Shown here piece after piece: positions 49,846 through 59,691 of a stretch of 64,000 nucleotides of DNA. Both the position numbers and the translations under genes were made by a program. Position 1 is the stretch's first letter; each line of letters starts with the position of its first letter. The notes under the pieces are model-generated. The model did not search any database, was not told where the DNA came from, and saw nothing but the letters and a program-made list of their open reading frames with translations. Source of the stretch: Anaerohalosphaeraceae bacterium (GTDB lineage Bacteria > Planctomycetota > Phycisphaerae > Sedimentisphaerales > Anaerohalosphaeraceae); assembly GCA_963675525.2 (NCBI GenBank), contig CAXXSL010000013.1, positions 96,001 through 160,000 on the forward strand. Reading direction: 5' to 3'.

Positions 49846-51273
49846 CTAAAAACAACCTATTGGGGTCATCCGCATTTCGATAATATCAGTTGTATTCTTA
49901 GTTACTTTGGCCTCTTCGGACATGCGGACGGGGGCCAGCCAGAGGATTTTCTCCGAATCGGCAATAATAAACGCCCGATTTTTCATCTCGGCGTCAAGCC
50001 CCCCATCCATCAGAAACCGCCCCACCTTCTTTTCGCCCTTCCCCCCGATCGGCCAAAACCGATCCCCATCCCGGCGGTGTCGAACCTCAATCTCACCTGT
50101 GATTGTGTCCGCATCGAACCACTCGACAAACGCATCTTTGGTTTTTAAAAACTGCTCGAAATCAATCTCTTCGCGATTCAGGATTTTGGATGAAATTGTC
50201 CACGGGCCGAATTGAACGGTTTGGCCGATCTTCAAAATGCAGGACTGAATGGTTTCAACTGCGTCAGGTTTTGATCGTATCCATATTTTGCCTTTTTCAA
50301 CGATCACTTCAACACCGTTTGGGAATCCAGATTTCGCTTTTTTCTGCTGAAGAAGTTGATAGATCAGATCAAAATGCTGCCGCTTGTAGTTTCGCAAGCC
50401 AACACCCAGCTTGACCAGCACCCCGCGCATGACCTCATAAAACACCCACGGCGGGCAGTCCCCAAGCAATGCCTGCTCAAGGACAAACTCGGATTTAAGC
50501 GTGTCCAGCCGCCCCTTTGCGATAATCGATCGGGCCTGCTTTTCGGTCCACAACAAAAACCGCCGGCTTTTGTAAGACAATGCCAATAACCGGTCAACAA
50601 GAACATCACTTTCGATTTGCAAGGCCGGCAATAGGTGATGACGAATTCGATTCCGCGTAAAGTTGATATTTTTATTCGAGGCATCTTCTCGCCAGGAGAG
50701 TTTGTTTTCCGTACAGTACTGAATGATTTCCGTTCGTCGCATCCCCAGCATCGGCCGAATAAATTCCACTTCATAGACTTCGGATACCGGCCATATGCCG
50801 CACAAGCCCCGAAAACCCGTTCCCCGCATCAAACGATGAATCAACGTTTCGGCCAGGTCGTCTTTGTGATGCGCCGTGACGACACCATCGCAATCCTTTT
50901 CCCTTGCCATCGTGGCCAACGCTTTTAATCGCAACGTCCGTGCGGCGGTTTCAATGGAAAGTTTTTTTTGCTTCGCATATTCATTAACGGGAACCGATGT
51001 CGTCACTACGTCCATTCCCAACCGCTCGCCCAATTCCTGAACAAAGACTTCGTCACCATCCGACGCAGTCCCGCGCAGGCCGTGATTGACGTGGGCCATC
51101 ACAAAAACACATGGCAACTGCCCCGCCTGCCGCAACCGATGCAGCGCGTATACCATCGCCACCGAATCGGCCCCACCGGAAACAGCCAGAAGCACACGGT
51201 CAACCTCTTCAAACAGGCCGTTTGAATTGGTGAATTCAAGCAATTTGTCTTCAATACCACTCATAAAATGCAT
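49846..51273 (-). CDS. tilS: tRNA(Ile)-lysidine synthetase
   Basis: AVSGGADS, HVNHGLRG, TAHHKDDLAET, RPML, RNRIRH. Confidence 0.97.
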   Translation of the reverse strand: MHFMSGIEDKLLEFTNSNGLFEEVDRVLLAVSGGADSVAMVYALHRLRQAGQLPCVFVMAHVNHGLRGTASDGDEVFVQELGERLGMDVVTTSVPVNEYAKQKKLSIETAARTLRLKALATMAREKDCDGVVTAHHKDDLAETLIHRLMRGTGFRGLCGIWPVSEVYEVEFIRPMLGMRRTEIIQYCTENKLSWREDASNKNINFTRNRIRHHLLPALQIESDVLVDRLLALSYKSRRFLLWTEKQARSIIAKGRLDTLKSEFVLEQALLGDCPPWVFYEVMRGVLVKLGVGLRNYKRQHFDLIYQLLQQKKAKSGFPNGVEVIVEKGKIWIRSKPDAVETIQSCILKIGQTVQFGPWTISSKILNREEIDFEQFLKTKDAFVEWFDADTITGEIEVRHRRDGDRFWPIGGKGEKKVGRFLMDGGLDAEMKNRAFIIADSEKILWLAPVRMSEEAKVTKNTTDIIEMRMTPIGCF

Positions 51274-51320
51274 CCGCCAAATGCGGTTTCCTCATTTGAT
51301 CTTTACTCTTTGATATGAAC

Positions 51321-51352
51321 AAAAAAGGCCTGCTTCCAAAAAGAAACAGGCC
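51321..51352 (-). terminator. Intrinsic terminator
   Basis: GGCCTG / CAGGCC stem with an A6 run on the plus strand. Confidence 0.6.
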
Positions 51353-51385
51353 CTGTCAAAACCATTCAACATACTTACAGCATTA

Positions 51386-52255
51386 CTACTGCTCCTCGAC
51401 CGGAACCATTCCCTGATCGTAGACCGGAACCATTCCTTCATCGTAAATTATTTCTTGCTGCCCGGGTATGACCTCCTCTTCGGCGGCAGGGGTCGAAAGC
51501 GCATTGATCCGCATCTGAGCATATTCGGTGTTCTCGACGTACCGCGATTCTTTTTCCACCGCCAGTTGATACAGCGTCAAGGCCTCTCTATGCATACGGA
51601 GTTTCTGGTCCATGATCTTGGCCGCACGGAACCGTGCCGGCAGCGGCGTGACCTCGTTCCACTGGAAGGTGCGCTGGTAATAGATAGCCGCCAGTTCATA
51701 ATTCTTCAGGTGTTCATAAACCTGTCCGCAGCGATACGCCGCATCGTCGATCTTGTCACTGCTCGGATATTGCTGGATCAACTGATTGAACAGCCCCAGC
51801 GACTGACGCAGTTTGGCGTTATTGGTGACGATCAGAAATCCGCCCGCACTGCGGTACAAATCAATGGCCTCACGGTAAAGGATATCGGCCTCTTCGATGG
51901 AGCTCATGGCCGACAGATTTTCCGGGACCCATTCGCCGGGCGCCAGGTAACGATAATGCACCATCTGGTCAAACGTCTTCAGTTCCGTATTGGCCCATTG
52001 CAGTTTGGTCGCATTGCCGATCGATCCATAATAGTCCGCCAGCGAGGTCAGTGCCTGACGGTATGCCTCACGCGCAGCGGCGGCATTCTCGACATAATCC
52101 GCCTCCACCGCATCCGGCACGAGGAAACCTTCGCCCCGGGCCATCTGCATATCCGCTTCGGTCACCAGCAAATGCGCATCCGACCTCCGGGGATTATCAC
52201 AGCCTGTTAAAAGTATGCCTGCCATCACTGCGGCGACCAATAGAGTCCTTGCCAT
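51386..52255 (-). CDS. TPR-containing lipoprotein (BamD/YbgF-like repeats)
   Basis: Lipobox LLTGC; LIQQYPSSDKIDDAAYRCGQVYE. Confidence 0.8.
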   Translation of the reverse strand: MARTLLVAAVMAGILLTGCDNPRRSDAHLLVTEADMQMARGEGFLVPDAVEADYVENAAAAREAYRQALTSLADYYGSIGNATKLQWANTELKTFDQMVHYRYLAPGEWVPENLSAMSSIEEADILYREAIDLYRSAGGFLIVTNNAKLRQSLGLFNQLIQQYPSSDKIDDAAYRCGQVYEHLKNYELAAIYYQRTFQWNEVTPLPARFRAAKIMDQKLRMHREALTLYQLAVEKESRYVENTEYAQMRINALSTPAAEEEVIPGQQEIIYDEGMVPVYDQGMVPVEEQ

Positions 52256-52430
52256 CGTACTACTCCTTTCGATTCCAGAAAGAATTCTGTATTCTTTAGT
52301 TTTGTTTAAAAATACCAGCTTTTAGCCGGCTGTCAAGTATATTTGCTATCGGTTTTCGCCCTTTAATTCCTTAAAAACCCATAATTTACAGGCCGAAATC
52401 GTCATTGGCCCATCGTCCGTTGTCAATTCT

Positions 52431-53171
52431 TTACCACATGGCCTCTTCATTGAAGGGCCCGAGCGGACCGTCGCCTTTGGGTTTGGGACGGGATTTGATG
52501 ATCGCCTCAGCGATCGGCAGGTCATTTTTACGGGTGATCTTGATATTGGAATGATCCGTTTCCACGATCGAAACCGTTCGGCCGAGTGCTTCGACCAGTT
52601 GCGCATCGTCGGTAATTTTGGATGTTTCCAGCGTGTCCAGTTTGGCGTAAGCTTCTTTGAGCATGTTGGCATCGAACACCTGCGGCGTCTGGGCCTCGTA
52701 CAGCCCGGCACGGTCCACGGTGTCAATGATTTTCCCGTCGGCCACTTTTTTCAGTGTCGCCACCACCGGGCAGGCCAGCATGGCGGCACCGGTTTTGCCG
52801 GCTGTTTTAAACAACTCATCCAGCCATTCATTCGTCAGGCAGCACCGCACCGCGTCATGGACGGCGATTAACTCGGCATCGTCATTGACCTTTTCGAGTG
52901 CATTGGCAACCGTTTCAAAGCGTTCGGCCCCGCCGAAACAGAGTTTGACGCCGTTGAATCCCAGCGCCGCCCCCCATTTGACCGTGACCAGTTCCTCGTC
53001 TTCTTTGGAGATCGACAGGATGACCTGCTTGACATCGTCACGGTCGGCAAAAAAATCGATACTGCGCAGAAACGCCGGCCGCCCCGCCACATCCACAAAC
53101 GGCTTCTTGCGGTCCCCGCCAAAACGGCTGCTCGCCCCCGCCGCACAAATGATCACCGATATTTTTTTCAT
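52431..53171 (-). CDS. ispD: 2-C-methyl-D-erythritol 4-phosphate cytidylyltransferase
   Basis: AAGASSRFG, GGAERFETV, VHDAVR, AQTPQVF, TDDA, NIKIT; start ATG 53171. Confidence 0.96.
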   Translation of the reverse strand: MKKISVIICAAGASSRFGGDRKKPFVDVAGRPAFLRSIDFFADRDDVKQVILSISKEDEELVTVKWGAALGFNGVKLCFGGAERFETVANALEKVNDDAELIAVHDAVRCCLTNEWLDELFKTAGKTGAAMLACPVVATLKKVADGKIIDTVDRAGLYEAQTPQVFDANMLKEAYAKLDTLETSKITDDAQLVEALGRTVSIVETDHSNIKITRKNDLPIAEAIIKSRPKPKGDGPLGPFNEEAMW

Positions 53172-53176
53172 TTCTT

Positions 53177-53806
53177 CTATTCCTCTATTCTCCATTGCAA
53201 CTCCACAATGCGGTCTTCGGTAACGAATTCCGGATGTCCATTCGCAAAAACAATATTGCATCCAGGCTGGCCGTCTAAGTCGTGCCTGAGTACTAAATTT
53301 TCCGGACCACCAAATTGATTAAATTGTTTTCCATGCACCTTTCGATTTTCCCTATACGCATCTACCCCCTCGCGATATTCTTTTAGGAATTCATAGTGCT
53401 TACGTACCTTTATCGAATCCCTTCGCGGGCCAACCTCAATCCCCAAGTCTGTCTCAAAAAACAAAACCATATTCGCCGGGACTTCTTTGAGTTTCATACC
53501 GGCAATATTCTTGTTCATCGCATAACAACATTCACCTTCTATTGCATCGGAACCAGGACAGACAAAGGATTTTGGTGAAACATCCGCTTCTTCAATCAAT
53601 AAATCACACCAGTTTTGAGTTGGCAATAGGCCATCGTAATCATTTGAGTAAACAGTGATGGCGCACGCCAAACCCTCCATATTTACCCCACAGACCAACC
53701 GTTGAGCCAATAACCTTGCTTTTGACAATGCTGGAATTAAAACTGCCAACAGTAAAATGATGAACAGAACAATATAACTCCATAAAACATTCGGCAAACG
53801 CATCAT
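53177..53806 (-). CDS. Pilin-like (DUF1559 / H-X9-DG type) protein, paralog C, without the N-terminal zinc ribbon/DUF4190
   Basis: LLAVLIPALSKARLLAQRLVC..N, YSNDYDG.LP, RH...GCNIVFANGH. Confidence 0.8.
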   Translation of the reverse strand: MMRLPNVLWSYIVLFIILLLAVLIPALSKARLLAQRLVCGVNMEGLACAITVYSNDYDGLLPTQNWCDLLIEEADVSPKSFVCPGSDAIEGECCYAMNKNIAGMKLKEVPANMVLFFETDLGIEVGPRRDSIKVRKHYEFLKEYREGVDAYRENRKVHGKQFNQFGGPENLVLRHDLDGQPGCNIVFANGHPEFVTEDRIVELQWRIEE

Positions 53807-53829
53807 CGCTCCTTTTTAGGGTGCCATTT

Positions 53830-54726
53830 TTACTCCGCCGTCCATCGCAATTCCGCGATGCCCTCTTCTTTCACGAACATCACATGGCCGTCGGCATAGG
53901 CAATATTACAACCGGACTGGCTGCCGGGGCCAACGTGCCGAAGAAGCAAGTCCTCCGGACCGCCGAATTGATTAAACCGATCTTTGTAAACAAAGGCGTC
54001 CTCGTCGTAGACATTTCCGAATTCATTGAGAAATTCATAATGTCGCCGTATCGTAATCGGCGCATTACGAGGACCATTTCCAACTCCCATATCCGTCTCA
54101 AAGAATAAAACGACATCCGGCGGTAAATCCCCCAGTTTCTTGCCGGCAACGTGCTTGTTCATGGCGTAACAACTTTCCCCCTCAATGGCGTCGGAATCCT
54201 CACAAATAAACGACCGAGGTGAAACATCCGCTTCTTCGATCAGCAGGTCGCACCAGTTTTCGGTCGGCAGCATCTCATCATAGTCATTGGTATACACCAT
54301 CATCGCCGTTGACAGACCTTTTAGATTTGTCCCGCAGACCACCCGCTGAGCAATATGTCGAACGTTACTCAATGCCGGCATAAGGATTGCCAGCATCATC
54401 GGCCCCAAAACCACAGGAATCACCAGTCCCGTCACAGCAAAACCAGTGCCTTTGAGCTGACCATTGCTCTTACTGATATTAACCAATGCAATAATACCGC
54501 AAATAATTGCCGGCAGACCCAGTATAGGCCATAAACCGCAAAAGCTAAGTAACCCCATCACAAAAGAAGCGATCGCCACCCCCGAGGTTTTGGGGCCGGT
54601 TTGCATCACGGCCGGTTGAGCCTGTCCCACGACAGGCTGTACCACGGCATTCATTAAAACACTGCCGCAGTTAACACAATGGGTTGAACCATCGCTGTTT
54701 TGGACACCACATTTTGAACAATACAT
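53830..54726 (-). CDS. Zinc ribbon + DUF4190 + pilin-like H-X9-DG protein, paralog B
   Basis: MYCSKCG...CVNCG; KTSGVAIASFVMG...LKGTGFAVTG; LAILMPAL...C.TNLK; GCNIAYADGH. Confidence 0.85.
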   Translation of the reverse strand: MYCSKCGVQNSDGSTHCVNCGSVLMNAVVQPVVGQAQPAVMQTGPKTSGVAIASFVMGLLSFCGLWPILGLPAIICGIIALVNISKSNGQLKGTGFAVTGLVIPVVLGPMMLAILMPALSNVRHIAQRVVCGTNLKGLSTAMMVYTNDYDEMLPTENWCDLLIEEADVSPRSFICEDSDAIEGESCYAMNKHVAGKKLGDLPPDVVLFFETDMGVGNGPRNAPITIRRHYEFLNEFGNVYDEDAFVYKDRFNQFGGPEDLLLRHVGPGSQSGCNIAYADGHVMFVKEEGIAELRWTAE

Positions 54727-54727
54727 A
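54374..54727. repeat. 354-bp direct repeat, copy 1
   Basis: Appears identical by eye to 57742-58095 (offset 3368). Confidence 0.92.
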
Positions 54728-54765
54728 AGTACCTCTCTCAAAAAACTATCCAAACACAAGTCCGT

Positions 54766-57273
54766 TTACCGGGTTTTCATCCGCAGAACGGTCACCGACC
54801 AGGGTTTGACGGCATAGGTAAATTCGCTGCCGGCCTTGTCAAAGGTCGATTCGACCGGTGAGACCTTCATCGGATCGTCCAGCGAATTTTCGTCCTCGGG
54901 ACTGTCACCGCACAGCGTGATCACGCGGGCTGTTTCGTCGATACCACCGAAACCGTTCAGATTCACCTGCACATCCCGGGCCTCGGCTCTTGCATTGACC
55001 AGTTTGACGACTACCTCGCTTGTTTTTTTATCCACGCCCGCGTTGGCAAAGAAATCAGCAGCCACATTCCTCTTGACGTCGGCGCTATGGATAAGCTTGC
55101 CGTCAAGGAAGCACTCCACGTGGTTGCCGCTGAGGACGACCTTCACGTCATACCACCGGCCAACTTCGATCGAACCCGGCGTTTGTGTCGCGATGGTCGC
55201 CGAGTTGCCGTTGACCACCTGTATCGCATGCTGAGTGTCGCCCCAGCCGCCCAGATTCCACTGCACATGTTCTCTGCCCTGATTGCGAAAGACGATGATA
55301 AATGCTTCCGCGCCGCCGTTACGCCTGGCTTTCAGCTCATAGGTATAATCGGACCACGACTCGTCGCCGACCAGCGTCAGTGTATCGGTAGCCTGCGGGT
55401 CCGTCTGGCGATAGACGCCATTTTCCACCGTCCAGTTGCCGCTTCTCCGTCGCGGATTCCAGTCATCCGCTCCCTGTGCAAAATCCGACTTGTACAGAAC
55501 CTCGTCGCCTTTGGTCACGCGGATATCCTTGAACGATGCATCCGCCAGCCAGGTCCGCAGTCCGATCCGTCCGGCGGCCTTTGGCGGCTCCGGAATTTCC
55601 ACGCCGGAAACGGTTGTTTCGACCATCACATCGGGGAGATTCTCTGCCAGCATCTTCTGCACATAGAACGAACTTCTGCCGAGCACCCGCGAACTGTCGA
55701 ATCGGATCAGGTTGACCGGCCACTCGCGGTCGTTGACATTCTCAAACAGCGGCGCATACGAGGCCATCACCACGATATCAGAATTGCGTTCCATCCCCAT
55801 CATGAACGCCGCTTCCGACAACGCTCCCAGCAGATTGCCGCTGCCGACGCCGCGATTGACGGCATACTCACCGACATAGATCTTCGGTCCCGTGCGGTCA
55901 TAGCTGTCATATTTTTTCTCATTCGCAAAAAACCAGGACGGCTCCACGTAATAATGCTCGTCAACGATTTCCATCGGACCGCCGGGAATCGGCTGGTCGG
56001 CAATCGTGATAATATCCGGATATGCCTTCTTGATCGCGGCATAGAAAATCTTGTACGCCCGGTGGTAGTCCGGACCGTGGTTTTCATTTCCGATCTCAAC
56101 ATACTTTACTTTAAAGGGTTCCGGGTGTCCGTTTTGGGCACGCAACGCTCCCCATTTCGTCTTTTTCGGTCCGGTCGCATATTCCAAAGCATCCAGCGTA
56201 TCCTGCAGATAAATATCGGTGATCTCCTTGACGTTTTCGGCAATCTCTGGCCTGCGTCCCTGACAACTTAGTCCCACGTTGCATACATACATGGTCTCGG
56301 CGTTCAGGTCTTCGGCCATCTGCAGGAATTCATGAAATCCCAGTCCATCCGTTGCCCGGTATCCCCACAAATCCCAGTGTCCGGGGCGTTCGGCAATATC
56401 CCCGATGGTTTCTTTCCATTGAATCCGGTTATCCAACGTACAGCCTTCGACGACACAGCCGCCGGGAAATCGCAGAAATTTCGGTTGAAGTTCTTCCAGT
56501 TTCCCCATCAAATCCGCACGCATGCCGGGGATTCGCTTTTTATAGGTTTTTTCCGGAAACATCGAAACAATATCAAACCACATCGTCACCGGCTCACGAA
56601 AACGGATAACCAGCCTTGCTTTCGGGTCCATTTCGTTGGCGGTCAGTGTACACGTGTACTGCTTCCAGTCTCCGCCAACATTTTTGATCGCTGAACGTGC
56701 ATAGACCTTTTGACCGTCATTACTTTCAAGCGTAACGGTCAGCGGCACTTTCTTGTCACTGCGTGCATAGAACGAAAGCATATATTTCTCGCCCTTGACC
56801 AGCGACATGCCCCAGTACCCCTCATTGGCAAAACCGGCTTTGCCGTCGGCCTTTTTGACAGCGACTCGCATCGAATGCGGGCTTTGTACGTTTAATGGTT
56901 GGGTATCGTCCAGGGCAATCGTCACATCGGCCCCGCCTTCGGCAACCACAGACCAGCCGCGCAGGTCCGTTGTGGGCTTCCATCGATATCGCCAGCCGTT
57001 GTCCGTGATGACATTGCCGTCTTCCAACCGCATATGGTCGGACAGTTCATTCTCCTCAAAGGTGCGATTCTGCACCATTTCGGCATAAAGCCCGCCATCT
57101 CCGGCATGATTGATCTCCTCATAGAAAACACCATAAAGATCCGGGCTGACCGTGACCTGTTTGCCTCCGGCATTGACATCCACCTGCACCGCGGCAAGAC
57201 CCACACCCGCCAACAATAAAAATACACATGAATATATAATTGTCGTTTTTACCTTTTGTGTCCGCTGCATCAT
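54766..57273 (-). CDS. Secreted alpha-L-arabinofuranosidase (GH51) with a CBM4-like domain and an inserted beta-sandwich domain
   Basis: YGVFYEEINHAGDGGLYAE, LRFPGGC, VEIGNEN, YVGEYA, MERNSDIVVMASYAPL. Confidence 0.93.
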   Translation of the reverse strand: MMQRTQKVKTTIIYSCVFLLLAGVGLAAVQVDVNAGGKQVTVSPDLYGVFYEEINHAGDGGLYAEMVQNRTFEENELSDHMRLEDGNVITDNGWRYRWKPTTDLRGWSVVAEGGADVTIALDDTQPLNVQSPHSMRVAVKKADGKAGFANEGYWGMSLVKGEKYMLSFYARSDKKVPLTVTLESNDGQKVYARSAIKNVGGDWKQYTCTLTANEMDPKARLVIRFREPVTMWFDIVSMFPEKTYKKRIPGMRADLMGKLEELQPKFLRFPGGCVVEGCTLDNRIQWKETIGDIAERPGHWDLWGYRATDGLGFHEFLQMAEDLNAETMYVCNVGLSCQGRRPEIAENVKEITDIYLQDTLDALEYATGPKKTKWGALRAQNGHPEPFKVKYVEIGNENHGPDYHRAYKIFYAAIKKAYPDIITIADQPIPGGPMEIVDEHYYVEPSWFFANEKKYDSYDRTGPKIYVGEYAVNRGVGSGNLLGALSEAAFMMGMERNSDIVVMASYAPLFENVNDREWPVNLIRFDSSRVLGRSSFYVQKMLAENLPDVMVETTVSGVEIPEPPKAAGRIGLRTWLADASFKDIRVTKGDEVLYKSDFAQGADDWNPRRRSGNWTVENGVYRQTDPQATDTLTLVGDESWSDYTYELKARRNGGAEAFIIVFRNQGREHVQWNLGGWGDTQHAIQVVNGNSATIATQTPGSIEVGRWYDVKVVLSGNHVECFLDGKLIHSADVKRNVAADFFANAGVDKKTSEVVVKLVNARAEARDVQVNLNGFGGIDETARVITLCGDSPEDENSLDDPMKVSPVESTFDKAGSEFTYAVKPWSVTVLRMKTR

Positions 57274-57308
57274 AACCATCTCCCTTGAAAATCCGTTTCT
57301 ATCTAAAA

Positions 57309-58094
57309 TTACTCCGCCGTCCATCGCAACTCCGCAATGCCCTCTTCGGTCACAAACTCCGTATGCCCGTCAACAAAGACAATATTGCAGCCCATCTGTC
57401 CGCCGAAACCGCGATGACGCAACGCAACATCCTGCAGTCCGCCTACGCCATTACGCCCGAGATTTGACTCAAACAGTACAACCATTTGCGTATCAATCTC
57501 TCCACGCTCAACCCCATAAACGTTTTTATTAATCGCATACCCAAACATCGCTTCCCGATCTGCCGAGCATTGGAAACTCTGCTGCGGTACGCCCGCTTCC
57601 TGCATCAGCAGATCACACCACTGTTGTGATGTGGGAAACTCATCATCATAATCATTCATGTAAACAGTCATCGCAGTTGACAGCACCTTCATATTCGTTG
57701 CACAGACAATCGTCATTGCCTTTTCTTTTACTCTCGCCAACGCCGGCATAAGGATTGCCAGCATCATCGGCCCCAAAACCACAGGAATCACCAGTCCCGT
57801 CACAGCAAAACCAGTGCCTTTGAGCTGACCATTGCTCTTACTGATATTAACCAATGCAATAATACCGCAAATAATTGCCGGCAGACCCAGTATAGGCCAT
57901 AAACCGCAAAAGCTAAGTAACCCCATCACAAAAGAAGCGATCGCCACCCCCGAGGTTTTGGGGCCGGTTTGCATCACGGCCGGTTGAGCCTGTCCCACGA
58001 CAGGCTGTACCACGGCATTCATTAAAACACTGCCGCAGTTAACACAATGGGTTGAACCATCGCTGTTTTGGACACCACATTTTGAACAATACAT
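57309..58094 (-). CDS. Zinc ribbon + DUF4190 + pilin-like H-X9-DG protein, paralog A
   Basis: N-terminal part identical to paralog B; GCNIVFVDGH; ends EEGIAELRWTAE. Confidence 0.85.
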   Translation of the reverse strand: MYCSKCGVQNSDGSTHCVNCGSVLMNAVVQPVVGQAQPAVMQTGPKTSGVAIASFVMGLLSFCGLWPILGLPAIICGIIALVNISKSNGQLKGTGFAVTGLVIPVVLGPMMLAILMPALARVKEKAMTIVCATNMKVLSTAMTVYMNDYDDEFPTSQQWCDLLMQEAGVPQQSFQCSADREAMFGYAINKNVYGVERGEIDTQMVVLFESNLGRNGVGGLQDVALRHRGFGGQMGCNIVFVDGHTEFVTEEGIAELRWTAE

Positions 58095-58095
58095 A
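57742..58095. repeat. 354-bp direct repeat, copy 2
   Basis: Appears identical by eye to 54374-54727. Confidence 0.92.
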
Positions 58096-58124
58096 TTGAC
58101 CTCCCTCAAAAAAAGTTGTAATTT

Positions 58125-58182
58125 ACAAAAGCGTGGAACGGAAGTGACACGATATCCCTGCGCTGCCGCTTCGGGCTTTTGT
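58125..58182. repeat. REP-like doublet with ACAAAAGC/GCTTTTGT termini
   Basis: Left arm 26/29 identical to 22704-22732; right arm is a related inverted hairpin. Confidence 0.7.
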
Positions 58183-58204
58183 TTTTATTACTCCGCCATC
58201 CATT

Positions 58205-58747
58205 TTAATACTCAATTCCTTTTCGCGCCCCAATACCGTTGTTGTAGGGGTGTTTGATCAGCTTCATTTCGGTGACCAAATCCGCCATGTCGATTAAGTT
58301 CTGATTAGCGCCCCGGCCGGTCATTACCAGTTCAACACGCCGGTCACGATTTTTGACGAGCTGTTTAATATCATCCATCGAAACCAAATCTTGATTCAAA
58401 CAGAACACGATCTCGTCCAGCACGATCACATCGTAATATTTTTCGTGGGCGGCGGTCTGGAGTTCCTGCATGGCTTCATGGATGGCCGCACGCACCCGTG
58501 TCAGCTGATCCTCATCGTGCATGGACTTGAACATGTCCCACGGTTCATCCAGCCAGCGAATGGTCACGCCTTCGCAATGGGCGTTGATCAGTCCGCGTTC
58601 GCCCAGGTCAAGGTCTTGGGGTTTGAGGAATTGGTAGATGAGGACTTTGGCGCCGTGTCCTGCCGCACGCAGCGCCAGCCCAAAGGCCGCGGTTGTTTTG
58701 CCCTTGCCGTTGCCGGTATAGATTTGTACGAGTCCCTTCTCAAGCAT
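58205..58747 (-). CDS. cobO: Cob(I)alamin adenosyltransferase, CobO/BtuR family
   Basis: GLVQIYTGNGKGKTTAAFG, VLDEI, VMTGR, ADLVTEM..IKHPY..GI.ARKGIEY. Confidence 0.92.
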   Translation of the reverse strand: MLEKGLVQIYTGNGKGKTTAAFGLALRAAGHGAKVLIYQFLKPQDLDLGERGLINAHCEGVTIRWLDEPWDMFKSMHDEDQLTRVRAAIHEAMQELQTAAHEKYYDVIVLDEIVFCLNQDLVSMDDIKQLVKNRDRRVELVMTGRGANQNLIDMADLVTEMKLIKHPYNNGIGARKGIEY

Positions 58748-58785
58748 GCCGCCTATCCTAAACGCTCGGAGGCGATTATTCAAAT

Positions 58786-58823
58786 AAAAAACGCCCCTCC
58801 GCTGATCACAGCGGAGAGGCGTT
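58786..58823 (-). terminator. Terminator after the PilZ gene
   Basis: AACGCCCCTCCGCTG-ATCA-CAGCGGAGAGGCGTT with an A run on the plus strand. Confidence 0.75.
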
Positions 58824-58864
58824 GAATGCCTCAAAAGAAACAGACAGGTTTCTACGCAATTTTT

Positions 58865-59230
58865 TTAGATATGCACGACGTCGTGTTCGGTTTCCTCGGC
58901 CGGTCTGAACGGCAGCGGCTCTGCAAATCGAACGGCGACACGGCGAATATACGGCCCCAGTTCATCGATCCGGCAGATATCGCCTTCCCGAATGAAATTG
59001 GACAGGTCGAACGATTCGCTTTCTTCGTGCCGGGGGACACTGAAGCGTGCGGTAATCCGGTCGCCGGGAGCCGGGCAGCGGTCCGCATAACAGGTAAAGG
59101 ATGCTCCGCCGCTGGAAATATCCACCATCTGCCCCTGAGAAAGGATATCGTCGAAATCTTCGGCAAACCAGATCGGCCAACTGTAACGTAATCTCTTCTC
59201 GCGTCTTCGTTCCATCAAAGAATCCATCAT
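58865..59230 (-). CDS. Stand-alone PilZ-domain protein
   Basis: RREKR (RxxxR) and DISSGG (DxSxxG); GGAGG RBS before ATG 59230 (ORF extends to 59293). Confidence 0.85.
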   Translation of the reverse strand: MMDSLMERRREKRLRYSWPIWFAEDFDDILSQGQMVDISSGGASFTCYADRCPAPGDRITARFSVPRHEESESFDLSNFIREGDICRIDELGPYIRRVAVRFAEPLPFRPAEETEHDVVHI

Positions 59231-59691
59231 TTTGTTACCTCCAAAAGCCAGTTTTTCAGCAAATCGCTCAACAATATGCGGTGTGTCGGTCATGCCCGAG
59301 ACCCACTTAACGTAAAAATCAGATAAAACCCTTCGTAATCAGATTATTAGGTACGATTTGGCATCCGTGCGACGTGCTATATCCGAAAAGAGAAATAATC
59401 CTTGTATTTGAAAGACGGCCGAAAAATAGTTCAAACTTTAGGATTGTCCGATAAATTATATAAAAAAACGTAAGTTAAGGACCTCCGAGACCCTGTTTTT
59501 ATGTTTTTTCGGCTCTTTTCGACAGTCTGTTTGTCCCCTGGAAGCTGTCTTGAGGTGCAATTGGCAATATCCGGCCTATATTTCTTATTTTCAACTTGAA
59601 AAAAACCCTCACATTCTCTACAATCTTCCGTTTTCCGCAGGGTTTCCCTGCGCAGTTTTTTAACGGAATCCTTTAGATAACGAAATTTGAT

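Noticed and set aside
55087..56271. Long plus-strand ORF (394 aa) and similar ORFs at 6465-7283 and 40231-41199
   Set aside because: Antisense shadows of well-supported genes, with no recognisable motifs
20909..58109. Diversity-generating retroelement (Avd-like gene plus duplicated sequence)
   Set aside because: No reverse transcriptase; the 354-bp repeat looks identical, the 3' paralog mismatches are not adenine-specific, and the loci are over 30 kb apart
59300..59690. SRP RNA (ffs) upstream of ffh
   Set aside because: I could not find the CAGG...GGAA...AGCA helix-8 motif on either strand
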